DNA of 61,998 bases, filler included, from Hausera hauseri (Eukaryota): NCBI GenBank assembly GCA_046269625.1. It is 11 parts of 11 records of this genome, joined end to end, with 100 filler letters (N's around TTAATTAATTAA, not from the genome) between each part and the next. Parts side by side here need not be neighbours in the genome. Positions count along the whole stretch, not along the records: positions 47,411 to 51,953 come from JBJURY010534231.1; positions 52,054 to 57,073 come from JBJURY010359598.1; positions 57,174 to 61,998 come from JBJURY010423476.1; 8 more parts are not named here. One strand, 5' to 3'. The position numbers and the translations under genes were made by a program. This document shows positions 47,411 to 60,400 of the stretch, piece after piece (position 1 is the stretch's first letter; each line of letters opens with the position of its first letter). The notes under the pieces were generated by a model that did not search any database, was not told the DNA's origin, and was given only the letters and a program-made list of their open reading frames with translations.

Positions 47411-50400
47411 AAGAGAGATAGGAATAGAAGTAGAAGGTGTAGAAAATGATGAAGCAGAAATAGGAGCAGAAGGAAGAGGTGGAACAGGTGTAGCAATAGT
47501 TATGGTAATAGTAGGAAGTGTAGGAGTGAAAAAAGAGGTTGACGTGTCGATTGAAGAAGTGTGGTCGACAAAGAAGGCGGGCTTTAAGTTGGTAATATGC
47601 ACTGTAAGTTGAGCAAATGTAGTTGTACCAGTGTATAAGTCTCCAGACACCGTGATTGAAAACCGAACGGCGTTTGATTTTTCAGCCATACAAATTTTGC
47701 CGAATACAAGTCTTCGGGTGAATATATTTTGTCTTTGTGAAGCAGCCTGCCGAACGAATCTTTGCTGACCGTAACGAAGTGATTTTGCGCTGCCCGTATG
47801 GTTTCATCTGTAGGAGTGTCGTTTATAGTAGTTAGTTAGAATAATGATCGTACAGGAGCTCCGAATAAGGGTTTAGTAGGTGAGCATCCCGTATAAGTAG
47901 ACTGAGTGTTCCGCCAGCCAAGCAGAACAAACGGAAGAAGAGTCGTTTAACTAGTGTTGGACTCTACAAGGATTCTTAGTGGCGTTTTCAATGTTCGATG
48001 GAGACGTTCTAGAAGGCCATTCTATGGAGTGCGATAAGGCGTAGTATGTATGGGATGGATCCCCAATCGGCTAACAACGGATTTGAACAGGTTGGATTAA
48101 ACTGTGGACCTTTGTCCGTGATGATGAAGCGAGGTGATCCAAACCTGCTAATCCATGTACGAATGAAAACGTCAGCTATGTTGTCGGTATTTGTGCTCCT
48201 CAGAGGGATGGCTTCTGGCCATCGCGAGGAACGGTCCATCATGATGAGAATGAATTGATGAACGTTGTCTGTAGGAAGACGGCCGACGTTGTCAATATAC
48301 ACGAATTCGAAACGCGATGTGCAGGGAAAGTTGAATAGTGGTGACTTTAAAGGCTTAGTTGATTTGTATTTTTGGCGAGCCACATATTTCTTAATCCATG
48401 ACCGCACATCAGAATACATTGGCGGCCAAATTATTTGTCGGTGGAGTAAATGAAAAGTGGCTTTAGCACCAGGGTGGTATAGCGAATGTGCACTATTGAA
48501 TGCTTGCCTTTGCAAAGATGGTGCAAGAATTATTACGGAATGACCTGGTTTGGAATTGTCTATAGCCACGCCATCAACAATTATGTAAGACTTGAAAGAA
48601 TTAAGCATGTCCTGAGGTAGCTTGTTCTGTTGAAGTTGTGATTGAGTAAAGGTTGATGAAAAACCAATCGAACTAACCGACCTAGATAAAAAATCGGCAA
48701 CTAAATTATTAACCCCGCTAATATGTTTTATGTCGAAGTTAAATGTCACCAAATATGATATTTGTCGTTCTTGGCGTGCGGAAGGATGTTTCATAGCTAT
48801 AATGTTAGTTCAGGGCTTGTGATCAGTCTGTATAGTAAAATGGCGAACGACAAGTAGGTGGGAGAAATGCTTTAAAGCGAGAACGATGGCCAATAATTCC
48901 CGATCGAACGTTAAGTATCTAGTTTCAGGGGACGTTAGCTTAAGAGAGAAAAATTCTAGCGATTGATTTTCTATTTGTGGATTTGATGAAGCACAGCACC
49001 TACCGCAGTGATTGAAGCCTCTGTGGTAATGATAAGTTCTGCGTCGGGCTTGGGGAAAGCGACAATGTCGACGGTCTTAATTCCTTCGCGTAGCTTATTA
49101 AACTTATCAACCAATGCAGGTATCCACTGAATTGGCTGATGTTTTTTGCCGCCGCTTAAGTGTGTGATGGTGCTGTAAGTTCAGAACAATATGGCACATA
49201 TTTATGTATAAAGTTTAGTGTACCAAGGAAGCTGCGCATGTCGGTGTTAGTACGTGGTAACTCGATATTCTTAAGGGCTTCAACTCGATCTGGTTGGGGA
49301 GAGTGGCCGTCTGATAGAATAACGTGTCCCAAAAAGTTGATGGCGTTGGAATACTGCACGAAGGTGTTCCTCGTGTTGTTTGGCTGAAGACAAAACAAAC
49401 AGAATATCATCAATGTAAGGGTGCGAAAACGGGAAATCTGAGAGAATTGAGTCGAATGTGTCGCTGAAAAGTCTGTTCGGCGTTTCGCAAACTGAAGGAC
49501 ATAAACAGGTACTCGTAGAGACCAAAAGGAGTAGTGACAGCAGTCTTTTCTATGTCTTCGGGTGCCACCGGTATTTCGTGATATGCTTTGTCCAAATCAA
49601 TGGTCGAATAAATTGCGGTTGAATTAAGTCGATGCAAGATATCTTTTATGAGTGGCAAGGGTACGCATCCATAATGGTCAAGTTGTTCAACTCTCGGTAA
49701 TCACCACATAGTCTAAAATTTCCGTCCTTTTTTGTAGGATATGTAAAGATGACGACCAGGGAGGTTTTGAACGGCGTACGATGCCGGGGCGTTTTAGTTC
49801 AAGAAATTCGGCTTCTTCGGCCTGCCTACGACGAGGTGACAGTGGTCGTACCTTTTGGAGTATTGGTCGTTAATGCTGTGTAACTATGCGGCGTAAAGTA
49901 CTGTTTGCAGAGTAAACGTACGATCTTTTTTAAGTAGGCGTGGGCTGGATATGTTTACGAATTGCTGCAAAGTTGTAGGCAACTGTGAGAGATTTGACGA
50001 TTAGGGTGAAACGGCTTGAGTAGTAGCGGATGCAGTTTGTGAATTGTTTGCTGATATAAAGTCAATTGGTATTTGGTGCAAGATAGTGGAATTGAAAAGG
50101 GTGTTCGATGAACTGATTTCGTTGAGTGAATTGACGTTGGTGATAGTACCACAATTAGCGACATCAAACCTCGACTGAATATCAGTATTATGATTTAAAA
50201 ATTTACGAAATGAAATATTCTTACGGAAATTCGAAATAGTTTTTGATTTCCCTAAAATTGATCTCCGCGTCTCGATCGACTGCGCAATAGTTGAAATGCT
50301 ATTTATGTTCTTGCTAACGCTGCCAGTAGTGTCACTCCTCAGACATCGTTTTACTGCATTTAATCAATAAATTATAATGCGATAAAAAATCAGAATCTAA

Positions 50401-51953
50401 AATTGCCGTCTGGACATTAGCAACTGTGAACGTCCAGTGGAAATGTGAAAAAAATTTTGGTAAGATAAAAGATGGTTTAGCTATGCCAGAAATGTGAAGC
50501 GGTTGACCTGAAGCGGTGCATAAAGACTTAATTCCCAATGGTGAATTTTTTACAGGAAAAGTTTGTAGCAATAAAGAAATCGCTGCACCTGTATCAATGA
50601 GGAAATCAACGGATTGCGTTGTAGGAACGGTGATTGCAGCCTTTAGAGTAAAAACAGCAAAAGAGGCGTGTCGGCATTTAGAATGTGAAGCAGTGTCTTT
50701 GCCAGAGTTTGCCGTGACTTCTGGCGGAAAATTTAGTTTTTTTGAAAAGGCAAACTAGGACGACTATTAGAAGAAAATGTTTCACGTCCATCGTTTGTAT
50801 CTATTTTGAAAGTGCAGTCTGAAAAGCATTTACGAGCTTGATTTTTAAACTTTGCGTAATAAATGCAAACAAGGATGTCTGAAAAAAAATTTTATTGTAA
50901 AATCTGCACCCTAGGCGCATTTTTGGCACTTTTGTTGAATCTGCTGTGATAATAGCAGATAGGCGGCCGCGCGGATGATGGTGAACGGTTTCCAGGTACA
51001 GAATGGGCGCGATCAGTGACAAAATCGCATCGACGGGAGAGCGGAAGTTCATTTAATTTGTTATTAATATTGTTAATGGTTGCGTGTAGTGCTGTATTTT
51101 CGGCATGTAGCTGATTTAACTGTGGTTCTATCGATGTGTTGTTGCTTTGAATACCATTTGCAGCTACTGGCGGAGAAACGATTTATGGGATGTTTAAGTG
51201 TAGAACGTCATGTGTTTTATCGGCTAATTCGGTCAATTTTTTAAGAGCCGTGGAGTCCTCCACCACGGTAAGTACAGCCAGAATTTAGATGAATAATGCG
51301 TTGAGGAAGTGGTGGCGCAGTAGTTCTGGATTGTGTTCTTTAGTGACGCCGAGGGTTTGTAGGTGTGCCAAAGAAGTACGTAGAAAGTCTGATGGTCGTT
51401 GCTTACCTATGGCGTTGTCGTGAAAGAAGCGTTATATGATAGTGTCCACTGAGGGTTGTGTGATCTTAAGAACAGCATTGAAGAGTTGTGAATACGGATC
51501 AGAAAGTTCGAAGATTTCAATAATGTTGTAAATTCGTGTTTTGATACTGTTAAGGAGTAAGAAAAGGAGATTGTGAGCTTTAGTTAAGGAATCGGTAACC
51601 TTTTTTGCTTGTAGCTACAGTTGCTTGAATTGCAACCCAGTTTTGCTAGAGCCTTGGTTATCAATAATTAATTCAGTGCAGTGAGGTAAAGGAGCGGAAG
51701 ATGTAGTAGGTAAAGGGTTATTAGCGGGAATAGGAGTGGGTTTTTGAAGCAGTATAATATATTTTGGTTTCATGTTGGTTTTATCCGTGGTGCCTATGGT
51801 TGGAGAGGAATTCATGCCGCCACGGATGCGAAAGTGTACATGGAGGTGGATATGAGGCGAAGAAGGATGTAGGGTTGCAGAGATATGTACTGTAGAGCCG
51901 TTATAACTGATGTAAAAATCGGATGAGCAGAGAAGATTGAAGATGGTGTTGTA
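47411..51953 (-). mobile_element. CsRn1-like Gypsy copy D (UBL-gag, PR, RT, RH, INT), decayed
   Basis: FLIDTGAA, KTAVTTPFGLYEY, YIDD, TFDRELLA, HPGAKAT, DRSSRWPEA and TDKGPQF; collinear with copy A. Confidence 0.95.
51816..51953 (-). CDS. Ubiquitin-like domain (C-terminal part, cut by the contig end) in frame with Gag
   Basis: YNTIFNLLCSSDFYISYNGSTVHISATLHPSSPHIHLHVHFRIRGG|MNS. Confidence 0.78.
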
Positions 51954-52053
51954 NNNNNNNNNNNNNNNNNNNNNNNNNNNNNNNNNNNNNNNNNNNNTTA
52001 ATTAATTAANNNNNNNNNNNNNNNNNNNNNNNNNNNNNNNNNNNNNNNNNNNN

Positions 52054-55000
52054 GCAGTCTGTATGTATTTCTTTTGGTTCTTTGTATTTCAGGACCCTTT
52101 TTTTTCTATCTCTGCTTTGATGGTTTCTTCGTCTTGCCTCGGTATAGCAATTAGAGTTAGGTATTTACTGTACTGATTAATCATTGCTAAAATGTACCTT
52201 TTATTCTCCATTTCTCCTTCATTGGTCCACAGATATCTATGTATATTTTGTCGAATGGCTCGTTTGCCGATAGGCTCACTGTTCCTTCCTTCGTGTTCGT
52301 TGTCAAGATTTTGCTTTGCTGACAAGCTTCGCAATGCCAAACTATTGTCTGAACTGCTTCTTGTAGATTGTCCATGTCATAGTTACGGTCAATGTAGTTT
52401 ATTACCTTTTCTGATCCTGCATCAGAGAGCACGACATGGTTATGCGTTATCATTTATACTCGTCTGTTCGTTTATATCTAAATTTTACCTGTTCGTGTTT
52501 TTATTATCCCATCTTCTAGTATAAACCTTCCTTGTTTTCGTCGGATAATGTCTTCTTTTATTCCTTCGATTTCCTTGCTGTCCTTTTGTTTTTGGTGTGT
52601 GTCTGCTGTTTCTAAGACATTTATCCACCGCGTCTTGCTTTTATGCATTTTGGCGTCTTCGTGGTATTGCAGACATCGGTTGCATGTTTCACAACTCGTG
52701 CGATACGGCATATCTGCGTTCGCATGATCTGTGCCTTTTCTGTCCTCCAGATTGATGTCTAGACTGGATAGGTAGTTGAACCACGTCTGAAATTGGGCCG
52801 TTATCGGTTTTTTGTCTTTACCATGAACGTTATTGCCTTGTGCTTCGTTCATAATGTGAACCGTTTCCCGTATAAGTACTGTTTAAAATGTTGATAGAAA
52901 TAATAAATGGGCAGTAGTTCCTTCCGAGTTATACAATATCCCTTTTCATGGTTGTTTATTGCATGTGATCCGTACTCATCACTCTCTCGCGCCCCAAGCT
53001 ATCTTTTGGTGACAATACTGCTCCAATTGTGTCGACGCTTGGGCCCTTATCGAGGATAAATTCTCTGTTGAAATCAAAGAAACATAGTATTGGCGGTGTG
53101 GCTAAGGCTTTTTCATTGACTCGAAAGCTTCATTACCTTGCTCGGCCCATATTAGTTTCTTGTTATTCAATCTGCATAGTTGCTCCAATGTCTTGGTCTT
53201 TGCTAGAAACCTGGGATAAATCTTCTGTAATAGTTGCAAATCCCTAAGAAACTTCTCAAATTCTTGATACATTTTGGCTTTTCAAAGGACTTAATTGCTT
53301 CCAGTTTTGATGGATCTATCTGTATCCACTTGTCATTCACTATGTGCCCTAAAAATTTTACTTCTTTCTTGAGGATGTGACATTTCTCTGGGTTTATTCT
53401 GAGACCTGCTTGCGTGATCCGCTGCAATACCTTTTCTAGTATCCTATAAAGCTCTTCTAGAGTCTTAGAGAAGATTAGTATATCATTTAGGTATACCACT
53501 GTTTGTTCAATATCCCCTAGTACTTTCTTCATTAGTTCTTGGAAGGTGCCCAAAGCTGATGCTATACCAAATGGCATCCTGCTGAAACAGAACTGCCCTA
53601 ATTTGGTTGAAAACGCAGTCTTCAATTTGGAGTCTTCCTCTAACTAGACTTGGTAGTATGCATTTCCAAGGTCGATTAACGCGAAAAACTTGGTACCGTA
53701 TAACCTGTCCAATATCTCTATCACGTTAAGTATGGAAAAGGCCTGCCGTTCCGTTATGAGATTCAACTGTCTGATGTCCAGGCATATTCTGACATCGTTC
53801 TTGTCTTTCTTCCATACGTATATCATTGGCGTATTCCATGCTGAGTTACTATTTCTGGGCATAATTCCGATACTACCAGAAATGTCACACGTCTCCTTAG
53901 ACCATTAATGTCTACTTCTGTTGTCAGTGTGCCCAGGCACTCTAAGGTGCTATTATTCGCACATCGTAGCGTGGTATCTGATTTCTCTGTGTTTGCAAGT
54001 TTATCTACGGTCTTCTTGCTTATGACGTTTACCCTAGTCCCCGTGTCAAATAAACAATCTTCCCATCAGTCTTGTATCTTTAATTTGATTCCTGGTTGTC
54101 CATTAAACTTCCTGTATAATATCCCTTCGACGTACAATTATTCTAGCGCGAAGATCGGCGTATCGTTCCAACTTTCCGCCATTCCGTTAAACGATACTTC
54201 CTGCAAGTTTGCCGTTTTCATAAATTTCCGTACTTTTTTCTGTGTCCTTTTATCCATCACTGTCTCCGTGTCCCCTTCTTCCTGATCCATCTATACTGTT
54301 TGATATAATACTACTATTATACATAACAATATTTTTGGATATTGAATCTATTACAGTGCCCCGATTTGCTCCACTTCTATAAGGGCAACTGACTCCTGTT
54401 CCGATTGTTTATTCTTCCTCTACGTTTGCGACGTCCCTCCGTCTTCTGTTCAGATTATCCCAGTACCTGCTTTTCACTTTGTATGTATCCCATCTTGGTT
54501 TTCTTTTCCCCTTCAGCCTGGTGTAGCACTCCTTTTCGGTATGTCCGCTATGGTTGCATCTAGCACAGCTAAGTTGGTACAATTTCGTATGTGCCCTAGC
54601 TGAAAACATACGTAGCATCTTGTTGGTTTCTTTTCGGGACACTGCCTGCTTATGTGTCCTTCTTTTCCGCATCCAAAATATTTTATCGGTCTCCGTACGG
54701 TGCAAGATCTGCTCGTATGTCCTTCTTTCTGGCATGTCCAACACTAATCTATTATTTGATGTTATAGTTGGGGTCGTGTTGATTCTAGAAACGGGTTTCC
54801 TGATATTTTATGCTGCGACTTCCTGGTAGCTTCTTCCACCGATCCCCGGATACTCCTTAACCATGTTGACTTCTTCTGTCTTAATCTTTATCTCGTGTAT
54901 CTTCCGTATTTTCTCCTTTATGATTTCCACGTCTCGTTTCTCACTAAGGCATATCTCTCTTCTCATTTCTCTATTGTCACAATATTAAAACAATTGTTCC

Positions 55001-55500
55001 TCTTTCACAGCCTCGCGTGAAAAATTGTGCTTCAAGACTTTATCCAGAAGTTTCTCGATTGCCTCAATGTAAACCTCCGATTCCGCTCCATTCATTCTGT
55101 AATCCAGTGCTTCTTTCAGATCTTCGCACAGCAGAGGATCGGGCAAAATCCTTCCGTAGTCTGTTTTGATATCCCGTTATCGTTACATCTACTGCCTCGT
55201 ATCTTTCTAGTGCATCTTCCTCCAAGAGGCATTCAACCATGAATTCCCGTTTCGCCGCCGAAATGTTCATATATTTAAAGAATTTTTCACATGCTTTAAT
55301 AATTGTCTCCACAACGTCGCCTTTCCTGAATTTGTTGGGCAACAATTGGTTCGCGAAGATGCCCATTGTGGCGTAAGTCGCCATGTTGGCTGCGTGCACA
55401 TCCACATCGTCCACATCGTCGCCCAGCTTGGAGGGATTGGGAAATTCCCAACCCCTGGTATGTCCCCAGAAGCGGAATTAGATCGTTTGTAGTTACTCAT
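52054..55500 (-). mobile_element. Ty3/Gypsy gag-pol of a different lineage (CCHC knuckles), decayed
   Basis: CARCNHSGHTEKEC; LFDTG protease at about 54045; SAWNTP; IDLGNAYYQV; MPFGI; YLND; RSFLGICNYYRRFI; HANAD; INT IYIDICGP. Confidence 0.93.
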
Positions 55501-55609
55501 TGAAAAGTTAAGACCAGTTTTTGAAAATTTTATAATCCAAAATACTTATTTGGAAACAAATTATCCAAATTCTAAATTTAAATTATACTTTTAGTACTAT
55601 GATTTTAAA

Positions 55610-56929
55610 TTAATTTTTAAAATTTAAAAATGTTTCTAATTTAAATTTAGAATTTCCATTCTCGATTATATGCTCACAGCTACCAACGGCCACAATCTCG
55701 CCAACTTGCACCTCTGCATCAACAGTGTCTGTCATCGCTTGCATCTCGATTTCTGCCACGTCTGCGTTCGTCTGCACATCCATTTCTTTCATTTTTCCGA
55801 CCGTCTGCACCTCCATTGTTGACGTCAACGGTTGCCTGCAGTTCTTTCCCTGAAATGTCAACGATCACCTGTTGTTCCTTCTCTACCATGCCAACAGTCG
55901 CTAAATATCCTTCACAACCACGTCTTTCGGTGCTGCTTCTGGATCTGTTGTTTCTGGTACAACTGGCGCCTTATTGGATGACAGAATTACTTCCTTTCGC
56001 GGCAGTTGAATGGCAGCACTTTGATTCTCCATAATTCTCTCTTTGTGCTCTAACTGCAACTGTTGCCTGTCAATTTGTTTCTGCAACTCAGCCAGCTTTC
56101 TGTTATCCGTTTTGTTCTCTTTTGCTAGCTGCGCCAACTGATCCTTCCTTTTGATCAAATACCTCTTCTCTAGGTTTTTATGGACCTCCGGATTATCAAC
56201 TGCATCTACCTGCATTTCTTCATAAAATATCCCTTGTTTCAATTTCTTCGGGCAATTATCCCTTCGCCTATCGCTTTCCTTTTTGCCATTTTTCACCAGA
56301 CTGCTTAACGACAATAAGCTCCTGTGTACTGTCGGCTTCGGATATTGCTTTAGCTAGTTTTTCATGTCGTTGTTTTGTCATCTTTATTTGATGACTTCCT
56401 GGCTCAGTAATGCGCTGGATAGTTGCTGCTGGCCTTTTCATTTTCTTTTGCTTAGTTTCAGCTCAAAGTCTGAATCTGAATCGGTCAGTTCCATATCTCG
56501 ACGTAGCTGGCTCATCGAGACTGACCGATTGTCACTGATGCTGGGAGCTGACATTGGTTGATCCTGTTATTGTTATTACTGTTGTGCATGATAGCTGATA
56601 CTGGGCACTGGAGACTGAGCAAAATCGACTGGAGGTTTGTCTGAAAATAAAACAAATTTGCTTGGAAAATAAAAATAAACCTTACCAATTTTAATAGCGA
56701 TTTCCACCAACTCCTGCGTTATCGATGGAATGTAGTCCGGTACGTCACTTGGTACATTTAGAACATAATCTGTCCCATCCTTCAGTTGCTGCTCTAATGT
56801 AGTAACAATCATTTGCTGTTTTTGCGAATTGGATACTGCAAATTTCGGATTTGAAAAAATAATGGCAAACTCTGCCTTATATAATTTGGCGTACTCCTTT
56901 TCTACGGACATCATAGTGAGTGTGCGCAC
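55610..56929 (-). pseudogene. Decayed extra ORF upstream of gag: probable 45-nt intron, coiled coil and 11-aa xVQT-type repeats
   Basis: GTAAG...TTTTCAG at 56685-56641; QLAQLAKENKTDNRKLAELQKQIDRQQLQLE; MEVQT/MDVQT/IEMQA/AEVQV. Confidence 0.55.
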
Positions 56930-57630
56930 ATAATTTTAAATATGACTACATATCAAAAAAATTCCACATGATTTTTCGCATACAAGCATTCACACATGAT
57001 TTCCTTACCATATACACATGCACACATTTAATATATTAAGTTGCGGCTTATTATTTATTTACTAGGTTACTAGNNNNNNNNNNNNNNNNNNNNNNNNNNN
57101 NNNNNNNNNNNNNNNNNTTAATTAATTAANNNNNNNNNNNNNNNNNNNNNNNNNNNNNNNNNNNNNNNNNNNNATGATGCGATTTAAAGTAGTAAACCTT
57201 AGGAATCTAAAACTTTACTTGAAGCCAAATTACCGACAGCCGTAGGAGAACATATTCAATTATTCGCCCAATGCATGATTATTTATGATGTTTTAATAAA
57301 ACTTGGTACTAAAGAAATAGAACGAAAAAAATTCTCCATCATTACAGGACTAACAGTCATCTTTGCATGTACAACATATTTATTAATAAACTGTTGTACG
57401 TAGTTACATGTTGTTATAAAATAAACGAATATGTAGTGTGTTTCATTTTTACTTAGATAATTTTTATCGTATTATGAAAATTATCATTTAATCGTGATAA
57501 AGTTTCTATTATTCGTAATAAATATGTATTATTTCCGTTATGGTGCATTTATATTCCGGACATTGTGTTACTTTGGAACATTCGCGAAATACAACCAGGT
57601 AATTGCACATTAGGAATACAGTATCAACTT

Positions 57631-60400
57631 TAGGGTGGTCCTTGACCATATGCTGCATATCAAAGTTTGCATTATAAATGTTCTCGCCCCTCAATATTTT
57701 GCATATATATGCAAGTAATTAGGATGCAAAATTATTTAGTGATATCTTTGTATTTAGAGGGGGCTCAAGACGTCTGAATTCTGCATTAGTATGGAATTGA
57801 ACAACATGTATTTGTTAGAGAGTATTTATTTATTACAAACGTTACAATATGCAGTCAGCTTACATTCTAGATAGGCATATGTCACGTTTAGAATAGGTTA
57901 GTCAGCATAGTCCATTTCACACTGAACTAGTATCTGTTTTCGACAATCAGGAAACAATTTTTATGTTCCTGAACAACCCGAAGCAAGTACTGTTTCTGGC
58001 TTTTTTGGTCGTGGGGCTGTTGTATTTACCAATAAGGGCTACAGCTCTCTCTGCGTTATCATTCACTACTCCAAGTCTTTTCACTATCCTTAATCCATAT
58101 TGACATTCACTTCTTTGATGCCACATATCAGGATCCGACTGAACAAAATCCATTGAAATGTTCAAGTGCTGGAAAAACTTCTGTGTGTTTTAGGTGATAA
58201 AGTTCGCAACTGTCAATTTACGGCTGCTCCTTATAGACAATTCACGCCGTTTTGGATTTGAATCTGACCCTTCTGTTTGAAGCAGTGCTTTTACCATTTC
58301 ACTCTTTGTGTTCACTGGGCTGTCTGCATCAAACAATGATAACCTAACGAGTTCTTCACTGAGATACCATAGATACTTACAAAACTTGTTGCCAGATGCT
58401 TCAGCTACGACTGCATTTTGTTTATGGTAATCATCAAGAGACTTCAAGAGGATCAGCTCATTAATAGGAGCAGAAATCGTAACTGGAGCTGTAAACCAGG
58501 CTCTAACATATATTTGGAAGAGGAAGATGCACGTGTTATATAATGCACTTGTTTCATGAACGGTCAACGTCAACTGATCATTGAACATCTATATTTTAAA
58601 TGCATATAACGCTTTCCCCATCCATCTCGCACGATGAACAGCACCAAGACATGACAAACGAAAAACTCTGGGTGGCACATCACCAGCAAAAATGATAGCT
58701 AATTCTAGTAGCTCTCTATAGTCGTGTATAACCTGACGAAATTCTAGTTGACGTTTAGCGAAAGTTATTACGGCAGCTCTGCAAACTCTCACTGATTCAG
58801 CGTTACAACTGTCGTATTTGGTTTTATCGAAAGACTTCCACATTTTTCGAAATCGAATAAAAATCGCAATATCTGGACCACTTGATGGTCCCATAAACCT
58901 GCAGCTTTGGATAACAGCTGTTAACATAATTTCTATAATGTGGTTGCTGCAAGGAAAATACAGCAGCAGTATGTTTAACTTTTGCTCCAACAAAACACAT
59001 GCCCCATCATACTGACCAGTATTACTAACTGTTGTATCGAAGTACATCGCACAGACTTTGTCAGTTAAATTCCTTTCCTGTAAAAGATGTGCAACTGTCT
59101 CAGCTTGGGCTTCACCGATACTAGCTTTTAATTCGGGAATACCAATTAACTGGTGAACATCTGCACCCGAAATTATTACTGGAAAACGCTCAACCTTGTC
59201 ATGTCCAACTATATCGCTCAGTAGCTTTCCATCCCAGTGCACAACTAGGCAAACTGATGGCTGAAACGAATCTTTTAATGAGTTTACTACTTGAGTATGA
59301 ATTTGCTATCGAGCACTTTTGATAGAGAAGCGATTGATGGAATATTTTGCTGCGCCATGACCCAGTTAAATAAATGCTGCCTGGCGATTAGAGACTTTTG
59401 ATCTATCAAGGGCTGCTGTCAAGTCAGAAGTAATAACAGCTTTAGTTGCTATTCTTTCCTTTTGCTTTACTACATTCGATTCTGTAATGCTCTTATCACT
59501 GTCAGCGGTATCAGTACTAGACTCCTGAGTACTTAATTCACTGTCTGATGTACCACCAATTTAGAATTGTTACTTATCTAAACTTGTTCGACACTCTCTT
59601 TTATCGTAGTTATTTTCAGATCAAATTGACGTTTCTTCAGATTTTCTGCTCTTTTCCTTAGCAGCCTGCACATTGTCAAGCTTACCCGTACAGCCTTGTC
59701 GGCCTGTCTCTCTGAGCATTTAGAAATTCCTTATCTTCTTGAATCTTTAGCACATTCATATAGTCTTTATGCGCTATATCAAACAAATTATCTAGATTTT
59801 TCATGAAATCAGCACCTTTACCTTTCTGGCTATCAGTTCTTCTTTTTGCATTCTTCTTCAAAAGTTTCCATCGCTAGTGCAACCTTTCTAGCTGTTGAAC
59901 GTAATGATGTTTGGGACGAATCGGAATTCTTGCTTTTTCCAAAAATTCTATTAATTCTTCTACAACAATCCTTGCACTTTCATGAACTGTCTGAAGGACT
60001 GTATTATGTTGATAGATGAATCGAGAAAATGCATGTCTGATTGAAGGAAACTTGCACCCTTTAAAGTCATTCTCTTCTTGGCCTACTAGCCATATGACAG
60101 TCGAACTCCTTGTACATTTTGATGTTGTGGCCATTGTTAATTTGATAAACTGATAAAATGGATTCACTTCACTGTGTAAGCAACAGAATGGCCGAAGCGT
60201 TAAAGCCAATAGTTTACTACTAAGGGCACAACAAACGCATTTCTAAATGAACTGCTACTAACAAGTAACTATGACTAAGTCAGTTTTATGATGGCGCCAA
60301 CTAAGAACATGACAACAGTTCGGTTTTGGTAATTTTAAGCGTTTTATAGCATTGCAGTTTATTAATTAACTCTGTCTGACTAGCTACGGACTATTGTAAA
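57631..60400 (-). mobile_element. hATm-type DNA transposon with decayed transposase (about 57900-60140)
   Basis: Terminus TAGGGTGGTCC at 57631. Motifs KARIP, LDNLFDIAH, VHWDGKLL, FDTTVSNTG, CxNHIIE, YRELLEL, HRARWMGKALY, LWYLSE and VVNDNAERAV. The other terminus was not located with confidence. Confidence 0.88.

Noticed and set aside
56885-56900. TGGCGTACTCC as a primer-binding site
   Set aside because: It is on the wrong strand for the adjacent minus-strand element and lies inside an ORF.
4973-57173. Recurrent TTAATTAATTAA palindrome flanked by Ns, which looks like a regularly spaced repeat array
   Set aside because: It is an assembly concatenation linker with six-frame stops, not biological and not CRISPR.
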